From: Octopus vulgaris
Lineage: Eukaryota
Reading direction: 5' to 3'
Assembly: GCA_951406725.2 (NCBI GenBank)
Contig: OX597833.1
Coordinates: 32,054,001 to 32,118,000 of the forward strand
DNA: 64,000 nt
Shown: positions 26,181 through 39,006 of the stretch, in pieces
Layout of the letters: each line of letters starts with the position of its first letter
Numbering within the stretch: position 1 is the first letter of the stretch
Program-made: the position numbers and the translations under genes
The notes under the pieces: model-generated
What the model saw: the letters and a program-made list of their open reading frames with translations, nothing else
Told to the model about the DNA's origin: nothing
Databases searched by the model: none

Positions 26181-26859
26181 TGTAGGATGTGAAAGATGAA
26201 CAATGCATGAAGTTTTAAGAAAGTATTTATTTGCCGTTACGTTGAAAAATACCATACCTCGACGGGCAGGTTATAACATCCGAGAGCATGCGAAAGAAAG
26301 TTTGTGTTTGTGTCCTCTTCATTGTTTAGTAGTAATTACAGAGAGAGATGGAATAATGTTGTAAGAGAACAGAATTAGAGCTAGTGAGAATTGTAGGGCA
26401 TTGACTCACAGTTGCTGACAATAAACTTCATTTCTCTCTCTGACCAAGGTTCTAGCTGGTCAGCCAGACTTCGTTCTCACTGAGTTGTCACCAAAGTGGC
26501 TAACTCATTGAGTCGTCACCGAAGTGACTGAACTGGTTGAGTCGTCACCATGTGGCTGAACTAACTTTTTGATTGGGGTTTATGCTTTTATAACTATCCC
26601 GTAGGATAGACATATCATTGAGAACAATAGATTTAGTTGGTGGTCTTGTTATCTCTATTCTAACTTTTGGTGGAATAGAAGAGGTTAGAAAGGGTCAAGT
26701 GGTGAAGACATTATTTCGGCCGAGATAAAAGCAATCTGGCGAATGTCAAACTGCTGTCACAGAAAAACCATTGTTCCACTGTGGGAAAAGTTCTGTTGCA
26801 GTGTTAATTTAAAATTGGCTATGGTGGATCGAATCCACTTCATGCCTGCAAGATCCTAC
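26181..26859 (-). mobile_element. Probable solo LTR
   Basis: Termini TGTAGGAT...ATCCTACA (TG..CA, 8-bp inverted), minus-strand AATAAA near 26225, internal short tandem repeats; no clear target-site duplication. Confidence 0.45.
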
Positions 26860-27953
26860 ACTTATTTGGCCATATCAACCAATACAAAATAAGGACAAAA
26901 ATAAAAGCTTCTGCCATTAATGACCGGTTGTTATTAACGAAGCTCACTTATTCAAAGAATATATTTTTAGTAAAAATAGAAGGTCTACTTGTTATATAGG
27001 TAGCAACGAAACGTAATGCAACATCTCATTAAACTAACTTATAACTGAAAAAGTAAGGAGAGTCTTCAAGCACAAAAAATAATTCATAAGCGTTTACAGC
27101 TAGCAAAGGTTAATATATTCAAAGGTACAATCTACACAACATCTGTATGTTCAGTGAACTTACAAGTGCTGGCACGCAGAAAACTAGGGTATTTCTGAGG
27201 TTCCCAAGACTATCATCGAACTTGAAAACTACCCTCCTCTGTTTATGTTCACTATAGATGAAAGAGGCTTTTCTGGAAAAGAATGTTATTCTGCACATTC
27301 ACTTCCTGAAAAGATAAACAACAAAACGCTTCTAGGATCAAGATCAGAAAAAAGGGATTTAACGTTGCCACTTGGCGAGTTTCTAAGTAGCATCACCAAG
27401 ATCACGGTTTATACGGACCAGTTTAATGTTAATGACCCTGATTAGGAGTGTAGCATTAAGGCAGAGGAAGTTGATTTTGATAAGATTCTTGCTACCATTA
27501 ATCGTTTCATGAAAAAAGATTCAAGAACACGAAGATGGCTTTAGATGTATTCATAGAAAAGCCCCAATGTGCGATAAGGGTCACAGTCCTCACCACCTTC
27601 TGTCCTATTTATCGCCGATGGTTTTCAAATGAATTTATAGCTTCGTAATTGAAGTTGATTAACTTATCCTGCTTCAGCATTTTGTAAGAACATTAGATCT
27701 TAATAAAACTTGTTTTCTAATTTTATCATAACTTTAGGCCATAATGTGTAACACTACGCTGTGTAACGTTATCTAAAGTTATTAGGTGCTTGGAGGGTAA
27801 CAGCTCGTCTTTTAGACTTTTCAGTCATTGGTGATATCTATCACCTATATTTGGGTTCATATCAGTGATAAAAATAACCTATCAAGTTTGTATCTCTATT
27901 TATGATATGCCATAATGATCCTGTATAGTGCTGTTTCGCTTAGTACTATGTAT

Positions 27954-28008
<55 letters not shown>

Positions 28009-28473
28009 TTAATAATAATAATAACCTCGTCCATAAACTACCCTCAAATTCTACGATAGTTTTCCCAAATTGAAGAATATCTGTTTTGTCCCTGGTTATA
28101 AGAGGGAGGCTTTTAGCAAAAATCAAGGTCTTATCTAGAAGAATAGGGAAGATGCTGTTGTTATCAAACTGTATAAATGACTAATCACTTACATTTTACA
28201 TAAACGGATTTAACTCTAAAGTGTTGTAGACTATATGCATAAAATATAAATAAAACAAAAATAAAAATAAATATAAATGAACTATTTCTTTTTTCTTGAC
28301 TCCCACTATTTCCCTCTGCTACTCTATAAATTATTGTAGGCTTTAGATTTTTCCCTAAATTAATTTTGCCACAAACGTAACAAAAAGTAACAATGTATTT
28401 TTTTGTTTTCTAGTACTAAGGCAAATTGTGCTAAAAATGGTTTATCCTTTATATTGGAAATTTACATGTTCGT

Positions 28474-28560
28474 CTGATCTGAGGAGAGCGGTGTATTTCA
28501 AATTTATGTAATGTTTTTATTGATCGATTAAATGGAGCCGCTTGAAACGGCCGTAATGCA
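28474..28560 (+). ncRNA. Type I hammerhead-like motif
   Basis: CTGAGGA-gagcgg...ccgctt-GAAA-cggccg-TA; stem I is weak. Confidence 0.55.
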
Positions 28561-28653
28561 TTAATACCTGGATATCTTTGTTACTTATTTACTTCATATA
28601 TATTTATGCATGTATGTATGCATGCATATATATATGTATGTATGCATGCATGC

Positions 28654-28686
<33 letters not shown>

Positions 28687-29184
28687 TGTATGTATGTATG
28701 TATGTATGCACTGCGCTTTGATCTTAGCAAGCTTTCACCGCATAGTGACTATAGAAAATAGTCTAACCTTTACTGTCACGTGTTTCAGCCGGAGGCCATG
28801 GCTATATTGTGGTACCGACACTGGTGTGATTGTTAATTTATTACATTTAATTTCTGCGACCTCTCCGTGTTTAGTTTTTGTGGAAGAGGGAGATGGACAA
28901 TGCTGCCTTTATTTGTGTTTCTTGTTGTGACGTGGGTTCATCTGGTAGATGAAAAGTTTGAACACATTTACATCCTGTAGATCTCAGAGTTTTTTATTGC
29001 AGCATATTGGAAAGCTGTGGGCCCTTGAACTCTAAGCTGTTACAATATTGGCTCCTTATTTTAGACAGAGAGAGCGGGACCTTTTGTATAATGCAGTGGC
29101 TTCTAATTCAAGGATTGGTATAACTTTCAATTTCAAAGTTAAGCGCTAGTCCATCCAGAATTTTCTTTCTATCTATCTATCTAA

Positions 29185-29362
<178 letters not shown>

Positions 29363-29363
29363 G

Positions 29364-29422
<59 letters not shown>

Positions 29423-29469
29423 GTCTATCTATCTATCTGTCTGTCTGACTGTCTGTCCGCGCCATTTTA

Positions 29470-29820
29470 TTTTAGGGATGTTGAAGTCCCCCATTAAACG
29501 TGTATTAATGTACTGATGCAGTTTCGTCAGTACTTTTATCAATCTCAGTCTTTCCTCAAATTTTATTTCGTGATTTGAGGCATCAGGTGGGTGATATAAT
29601 GATCGTCATCTGTCCTTGAGTAGCGCGATGTGGCCAGCTCATTTATATTTGTTCTCCTTGACGGTTACTTATGATGTCGTTGACTCTTATGTGCTGTCGA
29701 ATCCAGGCGTTGGTTTTTCTTGTACCGCAATGTGATGTTGAGCAAGATACTTTCCATTTTCTGTTGGGCTAATTGAGGGCGATCATGATGGTAGTGTTAA
29801 GAGTCCATGTTTCACAGCTG
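29470..29820 (-). mobile_element. Degenerate apurinic-endonuclease fragment of a LINE
   Basis: Minus strand encodes CETW, LYHPPD and MGDFN motifs. Confidence 0.55.
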
Positions 29821-30464
29821 TAAATCATCACATACACACATATACTGCCACATATGTGTGTGTGTGTGTATGTGTGTGTATATTCATACATTACTACGAA
29901 TGCATCGTACAATCGTACGCGCCTAAATTCCTGTTGCTATACGCATATTTACTCCAAAATATTTTGGTATGTATATTTGATAAGGATGTTTATATTTAGT
30001 TATAAACAAGGTGTGATTAAAACTGATAGCAAATATATCTCAAGTGTAGGAGTGTCGGCGTTGTCGATGTTATTGTATCTTTCCTTATTCATGGGAGTGG
30101 TGAAGTGTCTATATGTGTGCGTGTGTGTAAGATGTATGCGTGTATTTCATAGAAAATTCAACTGAAAACAAACTCAGTGTTTTACCACCATAGCTCTCTG
30201 ATAATTAATAACAATGATAGAAAGAGTTGAAAAAATTTCAATCCTATCATACCAGTCAGATGTGTATATAATTGAAGACTTAATATCACTAATAAACACC
30301 TGTGGAAAATCGATGAATGTTAAATATTGAGTTTCATAATAATTTACTTACATGTATGTGCGCGCGCACGTGTATGCGTGCTTGTGTGTGCATATATACA
30401 AAATAAGTAAGTTTTTTTTTTAGGTCATTTGAAAAAGACGCATAGCTCATCAAGGAAAGTTGTA

Positions 30465-30913
30465 GGATTTTTTCGGTTTGAACGGCAGTTTTTAACATAA
30501 ATTTCTAGGTAACTAAAAAATTTTAAACTTCGTATACTGGTAGAATGTGTTTATAAAACATATTTTTCTCTTGGCCTTATTGAGAAAATTCTATAGTTTG
30601 TAAGATATTTGTTGCTTTTTTTCTTCAATTTCTGCAATTTCAACCAATCACTGACGTCTATTGAGGTAAAAAACATTCTATGCCGTATGAATATGTCCCT
30701 CGTTTAAGAAACAGATTGGGTTTATTTACATTTGTGAAGAAAAAAAGATACCCTTCCCCCACCCCTAACCCTAACCCTAACCCTAACTAACCCTAACTAA
30801 CCCTAACCCTAAAACAGATTGAAATGCAATAGATCGATACTAGGGTCATAATTATGGGTGACAATTTCATATGACACCGCTAGAAAAAACTGCCGTTCAA
30901 ACCGAAAAGATCC
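30465..30913. mobile_element. Non-autonomous DNA transposon (MITE) with 8-bp target-site duplication, carrying (CCCTAA)n
   Basis: ~29-bp TIRs ggattttttcggtttgaacggcagttttt / aaaaactgccgttcaaaccgaaaagatcc; AAGTTGTA at 30457-30464 and 30914-30921. Confidence 0.88.
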
Positions 30914-30959
30914 AAGTTGTATTTGTTAACAAATACAGATAATCCTGGATATCCTTTTA

Positions 30960-31740
30960 TCATATCTATTTAATGAATCTATCGTTAGCGTCAATGGCTG
31001 CTTCAATACGGGATGGGAAGCATTGACGTGCCCGAGTTAGGTGATCAATTTGGGACATAGTAATGGTTATGGCGGACTTAAGAGATTGTGTGGTGTTACA
31101 GGGGTGTTGATTGACTTCTCTCTCGACTACGCCCCATACATAATAGTCCAGTGGATTAAGGTCTGGTGAACTAGGAGGCCATGTGTCTGGGAAGCCATGA
31201 ACATGGAGGTTGACACGCACCCACGCTTGGGTTGTCCTAGCTAGAGTCTTGCTGGAAGACATTGATCTTCCACTGCGTACTCTGTATAACAAGGGCCTCA
31301 CAACTTTCTCCAACACCTGTTTAGACAGCGGTTTTGATCCCTAAGCCCTGTGAAAAAAAGCAAGGTGCCATAACATCTCCCTCGTTGCTGACAACTCTCC
31401 AGAACCATCGTAGTTGCTGGGAACTTAGTATGCATGGCCACGGGAACCTCATCCAGGCCTCTTCATAACTAAATGTCGTTCCTTTGGTTTACTTTTAGTC
31501 CTACTCGAATTTTTCTTATCAGAGAAAAACCAAAACATTCCAGCCTCTTGGTATCTCAACTTGCTTAGCAAACGTTTTGCATGAATCGAATGATTCTCTC
31601 TTGTCACGTTCGACGTAAACTGACCCCTCTACATCATATGCACCTTGTACCTGTTGTCCTCATGCATAACTCTTCTGATGGTGCATTCTAAAACATTGAG
31701 GCCTTCTGTTCTGATTGACTTTCCGGGATTTTTGGCTCTG
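30960..31740 (-). mobile_element. Tc1/mariner superfamily (maT/DD37D-like) transposase remnant
   Basis: WPPSSPDLNPLDYYVWG, KFPATTMV, WFFSDKK motifs. Confidence 0.8.
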
Positions 31741-31759
31741 ATTAACTTACCAGGATTTT

Positions 31760-32730
31760 TTTTATCGATTATTTACAGGATTCTAATACAAAGTGTAGTG
31801 TAGTGTGATTGAGGAAAAAGACAACAGAAAAAGAAGCAAAATGAGAAAGAAATACAGAGACCTTACCTGTTGACCTAGGCAGGATGAGCGATTACTGTCA
31901 AGAAAAAACACGTCCTTGCACGCTGCCGTCTCTCATCCAACTGCCCGCACGTTCTTTTTTGTCCACGCATGCTCCGGTGGCTCCTCCGCCGGGCCCTGCA
32001 GTTTTCACTTCCGTTTACCTCATCTGTAATCTTCTCCACCAACACCACATAGATCATCACAGCCCATAACACCACAAACTCACACGCCCCCCGATCTACA
32101 GATCATTCAACCGGCTTTCCCACTCACTCCTCGCTCCCGAACTCATACCTTAACTGGTTTCATAATCAGCCAACCAGGGAGGAGGGTGCCGCTCTCTCTG
32201 TGGTCGCCGTGCGACCCCAGGACTGGCCTGAGTTCCTGGCATGTTGCTGTTGGCTTCATCATCTTGCCTACTGCTGCTATCTTCATCTTCTTGCCTGCTG
32301 TTGCTGTCTTAATCTTCTTGCCCACTGCTGCTGGTTCCATCCTCTGAGGCATGGACAATCTTCTGCACATCCAAAACATGGCGTGGCATACCATTGACAG
32401 AGACTTTGTTTTTCGAATTGATGGAGGTTATTGTTCCCTTCTCCCATCGTGACGTACACCGTTCGTTTGGGGGTTTTACCCAAACTTCTTCTCCGACCTG
32501 CCCCGGGTCGCATTGATGCAGTACACGGATGTTTCCATTCGTACCTGAATATTGCCCTGTGTGGCACCGACTCCTCAGCCTGTCCTGACCTGGGCGATAT
32601 ATTGTACCAAAATACGGCTTCAATTCGTGAAATGTGGCCCCTCTCTGCCATGGTTTTGATGGTACGATGATGCCTTTCCACCCCCACCCCCCATTTCCAC
32701 ATTGCCGGTATGCCGCCCTGAAGAAGTATA
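31760..32730 (-). mobile_element. Gypsy-like LTR retrotransposon remnant (integrase C-terminal half and downstream region)
   Basis: ERHHRTIKTM..AVFWYNISPR..PHRAIF; VGEEVWVK..RWEKGTI (GPY/F-like domain). Confidence 0.75.
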
Positions 32731-32737
32731 CTTTACT

Positions 32738-35700
32738 ATGGAGATTAAGCTAGGGTGTGTAAATGTGCGTGACCTGGGGTCAAAATGGAAACAAACTTGT
32801 CTCCTAGACGACCTTAGGTCATTAGATATAGATGTTTGTGTTGCGACTGAGTCCAAGCTGAACGGGCCACAAGCGTTTTCGCCTCTTCTAAATGGCTACG
32901 AGAAATTTATTTCTCCTAGTCGACGGGGAGGCGGGGGCGTGGTGGTCTTATTTAGGAAAACCTTGAATGTGCAGGTAGGAACAGTCTTTCTGGACTCAGA
33001 AGGTAGGCTGGTCCTTTTGAGTATGAGACACGTAAGTAAACAGTCCTTCAGGCTGGTAGCTGTCTACGCATTTAATGAGTGTAGACAAGCGGATTTTTTC
33101 CGGGACCTGGAGAACTTCTTAGTGACGTCAAAAACTCTTGTTGTACTAGGAGATTTAACACTGTTCTCGACGCACGGGTGGATAGTGTTGGCTCGAACGA
33201 TAGAAGAGGAAACCTTGGCTTCAAAAGGCTACTAGAAAGCTATAATCTAGTAGACCGGTACAGACTGGATGAAGCTCTCGTTCCACAGTGGACGTGGACC
33301 TAATAACGACGGTTCACTCAGACTTTATATAGATAGGATATTCATTAGGGATAGAGATAAGAATACGTTTAGTTGTCCACGATTTTGTTGTGTCCCTTAC
33401 ATGGATCACAAATTTGTGACGTGTGAGGTGTACCTAGATAAGTGTCATAAGCAGGGACCAGGGTACTGGAAGATGAACAAGTCTATTTTGACTTGTAAAA
33501 CCTTCCGTGCCCAGGTTAAGGAGTTAGTGCAGAGGACATTAACCAGTGCCATTATTGATAATAGGCGGTGGTGTACCCTCAAGCGAGCCATTCGTTCTGA
33601 GTCTATTAGATTTAGTAAACAGCCAAGTCTAGATAAGATTAGAATAGAAGGGACCTTAATTAAGGAATTAGATGAGGCCATGGAATCTGGCTCTGCGTCA
33701 GAGTGATGGCACCGAAAGCGTTTTTTCCCTTCATTTCAAAGTCAAACACGAAGAGTGTAGAGTCAGAGCTAAGCTTCGTGCGGTGGGGAGAGAGGGTATT
33801 AACGTTGCCAGATGGGTACGTCGTGTGGAGAGTCGGAGAGGCAGAGAACCTCTATCAAATCTTTAACGGACGAATATGGGCGAACGATGGAAGGACATGA
33901 AGAGATGTAAAAGGATTTTCACCAGCATTTCGCTTGGTTGTTCGGGGAGAGCGGCGGGCTGGACTGTGGGAGGTCCCTAAAGGACTTCCTCGCAGGTGGG
34001 TTGCGACTCTCGGCAATTACGGCTACGGAGGTTAAAGAGGTGCAGGGTGAGTGCACCAGGGACAAGTCGCCGGGGCTGGATGGTCTGCCTTATGAATTTT
34101 ATTGTAGCATGCTGGACTTGTTCGGACATTTGCTAGCCTGCGTCTACACAAACTGGTAGCTCTGTGAGCCAGGGAGTGGTAACACTGATCAGAAAAGACC
34201 CGAGCAAGGGAGCCCATATTAGTAACTTTAGGCCTATAACTATACTTAATATAAAGTTAAAGATTTTGGCCAATGTGCTAACGAGGAAGTTCGCGCGTGT
34301 CGCAGAGAAACTTGTTGGGGGAGCGCAGACATGCGCCATCCCAGGCAGGTCGATCCAGGAAATCTCCATCTCCTGCGCTACACCTTAGACAGGGTGGATA
34401 AATTATCCGGTAAAGGTGGGGCTCTGGTCCATTTAGACCAGAGTAAAGCTTTTGATAGAGTAGACTACCAGTATCTGGCGGCGGTCCTCGAGGCGGCTGG
34501 ACTAGGCCAAGACTTCCGTGGCTGGATCACTGCCATTTATGGCGGCATCAAATCCACAGTTCAAATAAACGGTTAGCTTTTGGTGCCATTGAAGATCGAG
34601 CGTTCCATTCGACAAGGGTGCTCCCTGTTTCCGCTTCTATATGTACTGATTCTTAAACCATTGCTGCGGATGTTGGAGAGTTTGGGGACATACCCAATGA
34701 ATTGGGATGTGGTAAGTCTGTTTCTGCATATGTGGATGACGTCAAATCACCGTATCCAATGAAGGTTAGCTGCCCAGTTTAGAGGATGCAATCAAAGGAT
34801 ACGAGGTGGTGGCAGGGAAAAAATTAACAAGGACAAGTAAATTGGCTTGCGGCTCGGCACCTGGCGTAGCAAGATGGTAACGTCCAGTGTCGTGGGGTAC
34901 TGGACGGATGGTCCTCATGTTAAGTTGCTTGGAGTCTGGTTTGGACCGGATTCTCAGACGGAGAAGAATTGGAGTAAGATGGCAGATAGGGTGGAGGCCC
35001 TAATCCGGACCTGGCCTGGAAGAGAGGGCGGAGGTGGTGCAGGTGTATATTGCCTCTGTTATCATCTACCGTCTGACCGTTGTCCCTTGCCCTAATTCAT
35101 GGCTATGCAAGTTGGTGCCACTACTCTTCTGCTTTTTGTGGAAGGGAGGAAAACCACTTGTGAGGTGCCCTGTTTGCTGCCAAGAACCGCTAAAGGGTGG
35201 GTTAGGAATGCCGTGGCTAATGATGTGCAGGCATGTGCTGAGGCTACGACACCTCTAGCTCCATCTGGATGGTGACCAGGTGTGGAATTCGCTGGCAGAG
35301 GAATTCTTTCCCCGACTGGCTTCCTTGGAGGAACTCAAACCCGACTTCATTAAAAAACGTAACACGACTGAATGGCAAAAGGAGTGCCGACAGGCACTCG
35401 TGCTAATCCATAAAGCGAGCAAGGCCGGCAGCGGGAATACCACCTCGGTATTCTATAGAGGGCTGGTAGAGCTTAAGAGGGATGGCATCCTAGGAGAAGC
35501 TCTGGGGCTCGATGAAGGCCAACTAGCCAACCTGTTTCAAAGACGTTTCAGACCGGGGTACCTGGATAACTACCAGAAATCCTTGACATGGCAGTGCTAT
35601 TGGAGTGCATTACCTGTTCGAGACAAATTGTCTAGGCATGGAATGTCTGTACCACCAGCATGCCCAAGGTACGGGTAGGACGATGAAACCATTTTGCACG

Positions 35701-36250
35701 CTCTTGTACAGTGCCCGGAGATTTCGGGCTTGATAATTTACGTAGAACACGTGCTGTCGCATCTAGGAAGAGTACAACTAACTGCTGAGTCCATGATCAA
35801 GATTGCACCGCCACGTGGACTATCAAAGGAAGGTGAGGCATGCTTTTTATGCACAGTCGCAGTATTGAAAGAGTGTATATGGAATGAAAGGAGTCACGAC
35901 AGGAATTTTCATCTCTGGTCCTGGTTTGCTATATTACTTCAGATAGAGCAAGATAGGGCTGGAAAGGAGACACCTGTCGCGAAGTATATTCGGGTTAAGA
36001 TGGAAGGATGTGATAAGGAATTTGGGTATGAATGACCCTACTTAATCTCATTCATGGCAGAAGAGTATGGTGTAGCCGTTGAGCTTCATGACCAAGGATA
36101 AACATGTAAAATTTGTAAATTTTAAAAATAGAACATTTATCATCGTATTTTTAAAATTACTTTAAAAAGAAATCATAAACGCACTATTTGTTTGTAATGT
36201 TCTGTACTGTACCATCCTATGTATGATATATAATTATCGTAATAAAGAGT
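32738..36250 (+). mobile_element. L1/Tx1-clade LINE ORF2 (endonuclease, RT, Zn knuckle), nearly complete but frameshifted
   Basis: GCVNVRDL, VLGD, YIDRIF, MDHK, GPGYWKMN, KSPGLDGLPYEFY, LDQSKAFDRV, RQGC, SAYVDD, CPR..ETILHALVQC; AATAAA at 36241. Confidence 0.92.
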
Positions 36251-36379
36251 CAACTCTTAGGTACATCCCCTTGATAAAGCCAAGTAGTCGAAACATCGAT
36301 GTCTGGGATTCTTGATAGATGGTGACACACACACACACACAAACGTTTCTATGGGATTTTATCTTATGGATGTTTACAC

Positions 36380-37358
36380 AACCCAACAAGTATTTTGTTG
36401 TCAGGACGGGTTTTACCGGATTTGGGTGATCGGAGAATAGTCGCTGCGGTCCCAGGGTCTTTTAATGTAGTTGAAGTGCCTTTAGTTCAACAGGGAAAAA
36501 TCATCCTACCTCCACTCCATATCAAACTTAGCATTATGAAATAGTTTGTTAAAGCTCTGGTTAAAGACGAATCATGCATTCATTATATCAATTGTACATG
36601 TCTCGGTCTGAGCAGTGAAAAGATAAAAGTTGAAATTTTTGATGGGCCCCAAATCAGAAAATTGATGAAAGATGTATATTCAACAAATTGCATTGAAGTA
36701 ACAACACAGAATTCCTTTGTAAAAGTTGTGAATGATTTCCTGGACAAGAAAGCAGCCAACTCTGCCGAAATAGTCGACAACATACCGGAGAACTTAAAAA
36801 AAGTTGGGAGCATAAAGCTGCACCATTTTCACATTCACCTTCATAAATTCCCTGTGACGAACATGGAGACCGTTTCCACCAGGACCTAAAATCAATGGAA
36901 TACTTTATTCCATTGATTTTAGATCCAGATGGAAACGATAGATGGGACTTGCATATGATGGCATTGTAAGAACTTGGCTCGTAATCTTCCCAAGGTTCAG
37001 TACCCAAGAAATTCATCCAAACGCAAAATCATGGGAAATTCAGAATAAACAATTATGTGATTTGTCTGTAGAAATTTGAAGACATTTGCTAATTTTTCAG
37101 TAGAAAACATTCCGGTTTTGAAGAAAAGCCAATTTCTCTGTATGCTTGTATGTTATTCCCTGTTCCTCATAAGCTGTTTTACTGAAAAAAAAAAAGGAAA
37201 AAAACAAAAGAACTATGAAATTCTATGGACCCAGTATTCTGAAATCTTGACATGACGGTAATAAATGGGTGGTATTTTCGGATTCTGTGCGTCAAAAAAA
37301 CCCTAGTTCAGATCTAAATGTTTTGATAGGAGAAAAAAGCATGTTACGGTTACCTGTG
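36380..37358 (+). mobile_element. DNA transposon remnant, Chapaev-3/CMC-like transposase C-terminal part
   Basis: ILPPLHIKLSIMK*FVKAL, IFDGPQIRKLMKD, SIKLHH, EHGDRFHQDL; ends in ..ttacctGTG. Superfamily assignment is from memory. Confidence 0.6.
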
Positions 37359-37543
37359 TATATGCGTGTCTAGGTGTACCTAGCTAGATATATTTAAATG
37401 TTTTCCTTAATAAAGAAACACTTACTTCAAATGATTCCAAGGAAACTATAAAAGCTATTAAAAGTTATGTAAATCCTGTTCTTTTGTGACATTCGGTGCT
37501 ACTAAAGAACAAATGTAAGTTTGTTTATATACACACGTAGTTG

Positions 37544-37583
<40 letters not shown>

Positions 37584-37972
37584 CATGTACAGATGTATGT
37601 GCATGGGTGTGGGTGCGCGCGCACCTTCAAACTGCAGAATTGAAGCAGGAAGATAAAATTGATACGGTTTAATCCAATACCCAATTGATATGATATTTTA
37701 CAAGTGCTACAAATTCTTTCTTCTACCCGCATAGTATTACGATGCGTTATTCCTCTGTGGACTGCATAGATTCCGATAACCTACCCCACGCACAACTTCC
37801 AGCTCATTAGCTTATTTGTAATTGTTGTGATCCATGAACCTATTCGCCCAATGGATCCTTCCTCTCTAAAGAAGTTTTTCACTCTAGCGAGCATGATACC
37901 GCCGAACAAGATTGATAGGTATTATACTTGTCTATCCGATCAAGTGACATGGAAAATTCTCTATCACAATTC

Positions 37973-38010
<38 letters not shown>

Positions 38011-38310
38011 ATGTATGTATTGTTACGCAAAAGTAACAACAAACATTTACCGATTAGAGGACTCAACATTATTTGTGCAGTTTTTTTTCTTACATATAGA
38101 GGTTGACTGTGACTTCAAATTTTGCTTCACGAGGGTTAGTCAAACAGTTTGAGAAAGCCTTGAAATGCGAAACTTGATGTCATCGCTACCTTCGCTATAC
38201 ATACATACATACATACATACATACATACATACATACATACATACATACATACATACATACATACATACATACATACATACATACGGAAAAGTATACACAA
38301 GCTTCCCCTC

Positions 38311-38344
<34 letters not shown>

Positions 38345-38379
38345 GTATGTGTGTGTGTATGTGTGTGTGTGTGTATATA

Positions 38380-38431
<52 letters not shown>

Positions 38432-38933
38432 TAGTTATCGCCATACTAATATGGTAGTCTATAAATATAAGACTAAAGCTGTCGCTGATTAGCTCCAAGA
38501 GGCCATCGCCTCTAGCTAGCTATTTGACACACGAACCTGCGTCCATTACAAACCTTCGAACAAGGGAGGTCAGCCGCTTCACCTTGCTAGTCAGACATCG
38601 GCAGACATGTTTCAGAGTTGTTGCCCTTTATCAATGCAGCGTAGAAAACACAAACACAAATCCGAAAGAAGCACACGCTAAGACGTAGAGAAGTATATAT
38701 TAAAATTGGGTAAGACTGGTTTATGGGATTACCTTAAATTCCCCGTCTATAAAGGGTTTAGCATTATGGCCCATTGTCATATCCCAAAACCTGTTGGCCC
38801 ATGACCTGGAGTAGCCGAGGTCAAATCGTTCCATATTTATGAGAGACCCGTGGTTTCCGAAAATATGTACAAACGCAGCCTACTGGCTTTTGGGATCTGA
38901 TGATACGCCATAAATCTAAAGTAAACCGGCCTT

Positions 38934-39006
<73 letters not shown>

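Noticed and set aside
30762-30812. True telomere or chromosome fusion scar
   Set aside because: Short, single-orientation tract lying inside a TIR- and TSD-bounded element
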